A stretch of DNA of 17,176 bases from Armatimonadota bacterium (GTDB lineage: Bacteria > Armatimonadota > Fimbriimonadia > Fimbriimonadales > GBS-DC). Under the pieces are notes generated by a model. That model was not told where the DNA came from. It ran no database searches and saw only the letters and a program-made list of their open reading frames with translations. The stretch spans positions 1 through 17,176 of the forward strand of contig JBBIJY010000040.1 of NCBI GenBank assembly GCA_037445735.1, read 5' to 3'. Positions 15,938 to 17,176 of the stretch are shown piece by piece. The position numbers and the translations under genes were made by a program. Within the stretch, counting starts at the first letter, position 1, and every line of letters begins with the position of its first letter.

Positions 15938-16115
15938 TCCCCTCTCCTCTGGGGAGCGGGTTACCCCTCACCCGTACCCTCTCCCCCGCCTGCGGGGGAG
16001 AGGGACTCAGAACCCCCTCTCGCCGCTGGGGAGAGGGTTGGGGTGAGGGGTTGCATCGGCTTCTGGCGAGGTTTGCCCCCCTCACCCGTACCCTCTCCCC
16101 CGACAGGGGAGGGGA
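15938..16115. repeat. Cluster of REP-like palindromic repeats (CCCCTCACCC..CCCTCTCCC...GGGAGAGGG type)
   Basis: Identical 25-mers at 15964-15988 and 16078-16102, an inverted copy at 16013-16050 and a partial hairpin at 15938-15960. Each unit has an internal GC-rich hairpin. Confidence 0.85.
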
Positions 16116-16119
16116 TTAC

Positions 16120-17004
16120 TCAGCGCTTACGGACCGGTCGGTTCAACAGGAGCAGGCGTCGGCGGCGCCGATACAAGCCCGCCAACCCGATCCCCAGCAC
16201 CGTCAGCGTCGCGGGTTCAGGCACCGGCTCGCCATAGATGAAATCATCCATCACGACGAGGTCCGTTCCACCCGCCGGGTCGTCCAGCACGCCAGCGCTC
16301 AAGGGCGTGTTGCCACTGAAGATCCGAACCCGTGCCACCACACGACTGTCGAACTTGACCCCCAGGAACGACAGGCTTTCACTGTCAGGGACTCCCGGAG
16401 GCACGAAGGCAGAGTATAGCAGGTTATCATGGATGTCGTAATACTCCATCTTCGTCGTGTTCGGCAGATCCACATCGCTGAACACCGCGCCAAACCCGGT
16501 AACTGTTGCCCGGAAATCGGTTCCGGCAACAAAGAAGAATACATCTGTAATAACGCTGTCCAGCGCGATGAAGAGCCGTTGCGGGCTGAACACCTGGAAG
16601 TTACCGGGATAACTGGGGTCGATATTGGCATACTCAGGGGGGGGTGTTCGTGGGATTGGTATCATCCGCGCTGAGCATAAAGCCCGACCCCGGCGTAGTA
16701 AACTCCGCACCACGCGCCCGGGGAAAAACAGGGGCATTCAGAAAGTCGCCCGGAAAGAGGTTCGGAGCCGAGAAAGCATCCGGCACCGCATCCCAGTTGA
16801 TCTCGCGCCGACCGTTGGGGTCCGCTATTCCCGGATTGTTGGGATTGAGGGGACCCAGAAGGTTTCGGTATTGATTCACGGTCGCCAAGATCGAGGCTGG
16901 ATGGGACCTGAAGCAGCCAACACGACCTGTGCGGAAACGGGAATGACGGGCAGCCCAAGCAGGAGCGCCGCCAGGACAAGAGTGATACCTCCTATGGTTC
17001 GCAT
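16120..17004 (-). pseudogene. PEP-CTERM sorting-domain protein interrupted by two single-base indels (real or sequencing artefact)
   Basis: GGAGG SD, ATG 17004, signal peptide MRTIGGITLVLAALLLGLPVIPVSA. One base missing near 16902-16905 and one extra in G8 at 16637-16644. The restored 294-aa product contains GRREINWD and MDDFIYGEP and ends VPEPATLTVLGIGLAGLYRRRRR... Confidence 0.85.
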
Positions 17005-17145
17005 GGTTTGATCCTCCGTTCGATTGAGATTGGGCATTCGTTCAAGGGGGGAAGGTCTGCGGGCATCTGGCTCAAAATAGGTGGTGCTGGCGCATTTTGA
17101 GTCCCATGTCCATCAGTTCTGTCCTCTCTTGACGATACCAGTTCT

Positions 17146-17151
17146 ATTATA
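17146..17151 (-). promoter_or_regulatory. Putative -10 box (TATAAT) upstream of the PEP-CTERM gene
   Basis: Minus strand GG-TATAAT, the same context as the other candidate -10 boxes, about 140 nt upstream of ATG 17004. Confidence 0.35.
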
Positions 17152-17176
17152 CCCCACTTTTTCGCGAGATGGGAGG

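Noticed and set aside
15938-16115. Possible CRISPR array
   Set aside because: Units occur in both orientations with irregular spacing and no unique spacers of constant length, and no cas genes are present. REP-like repeats fit better.
15663-16419. ORFs crossing the repeat cluster (15663..16085, 15804..16046, 15931..16419)
   Set aside because: Translations are dominated by repeat-derived PSP/GEG peptides and overlap real genes.

Overview
Bacterial genomic window. The gene content (prepilin/H-X9-DG protein, PEP-CTERM protein, lpxK, translin homologue) suggests a diderm such as Armatimonadota; this is inference, not a database result. From left to right: (1) a low-GC accessory operon on + (64-3757) encoding a secreted 10-Cys peptide, a frameshifted exported protein with a C-terminal membrane anchor, a WaaL/O-antigen-ligase-like membrane protein lacking the usual His, and a type IV prepilin-like H-X9-DG protein. 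(2) A diacylglycerol-kinase-family gene and a translin/C3PO-family gene on -. (3) A divergent ArsR-family regulator with a perfect palindromic operator, followed by yceI, an unknown membrane protein and an orphan, divergent nuoM-like gene. (4) A minus-strand run: a PEP-CTERM gene broken by two single-base indels, a REP-like palindrome cluster, a large secreted GH13 enzyme, a DUF4382/DUF5666-like lipoprotein, lpxK and tyrS. Most notable: the Cys-peptide/ligase/pilin cassette, a REP-like palindrome translated in frame inside lpxK, a TyrRS with altered HIGH and KMSKS motifs, a C-to-G skew flip inside the prepilin gene, and recurring leaderless-type promoters. No rRNA, tRNA, CRISPR array or transposase was seen.
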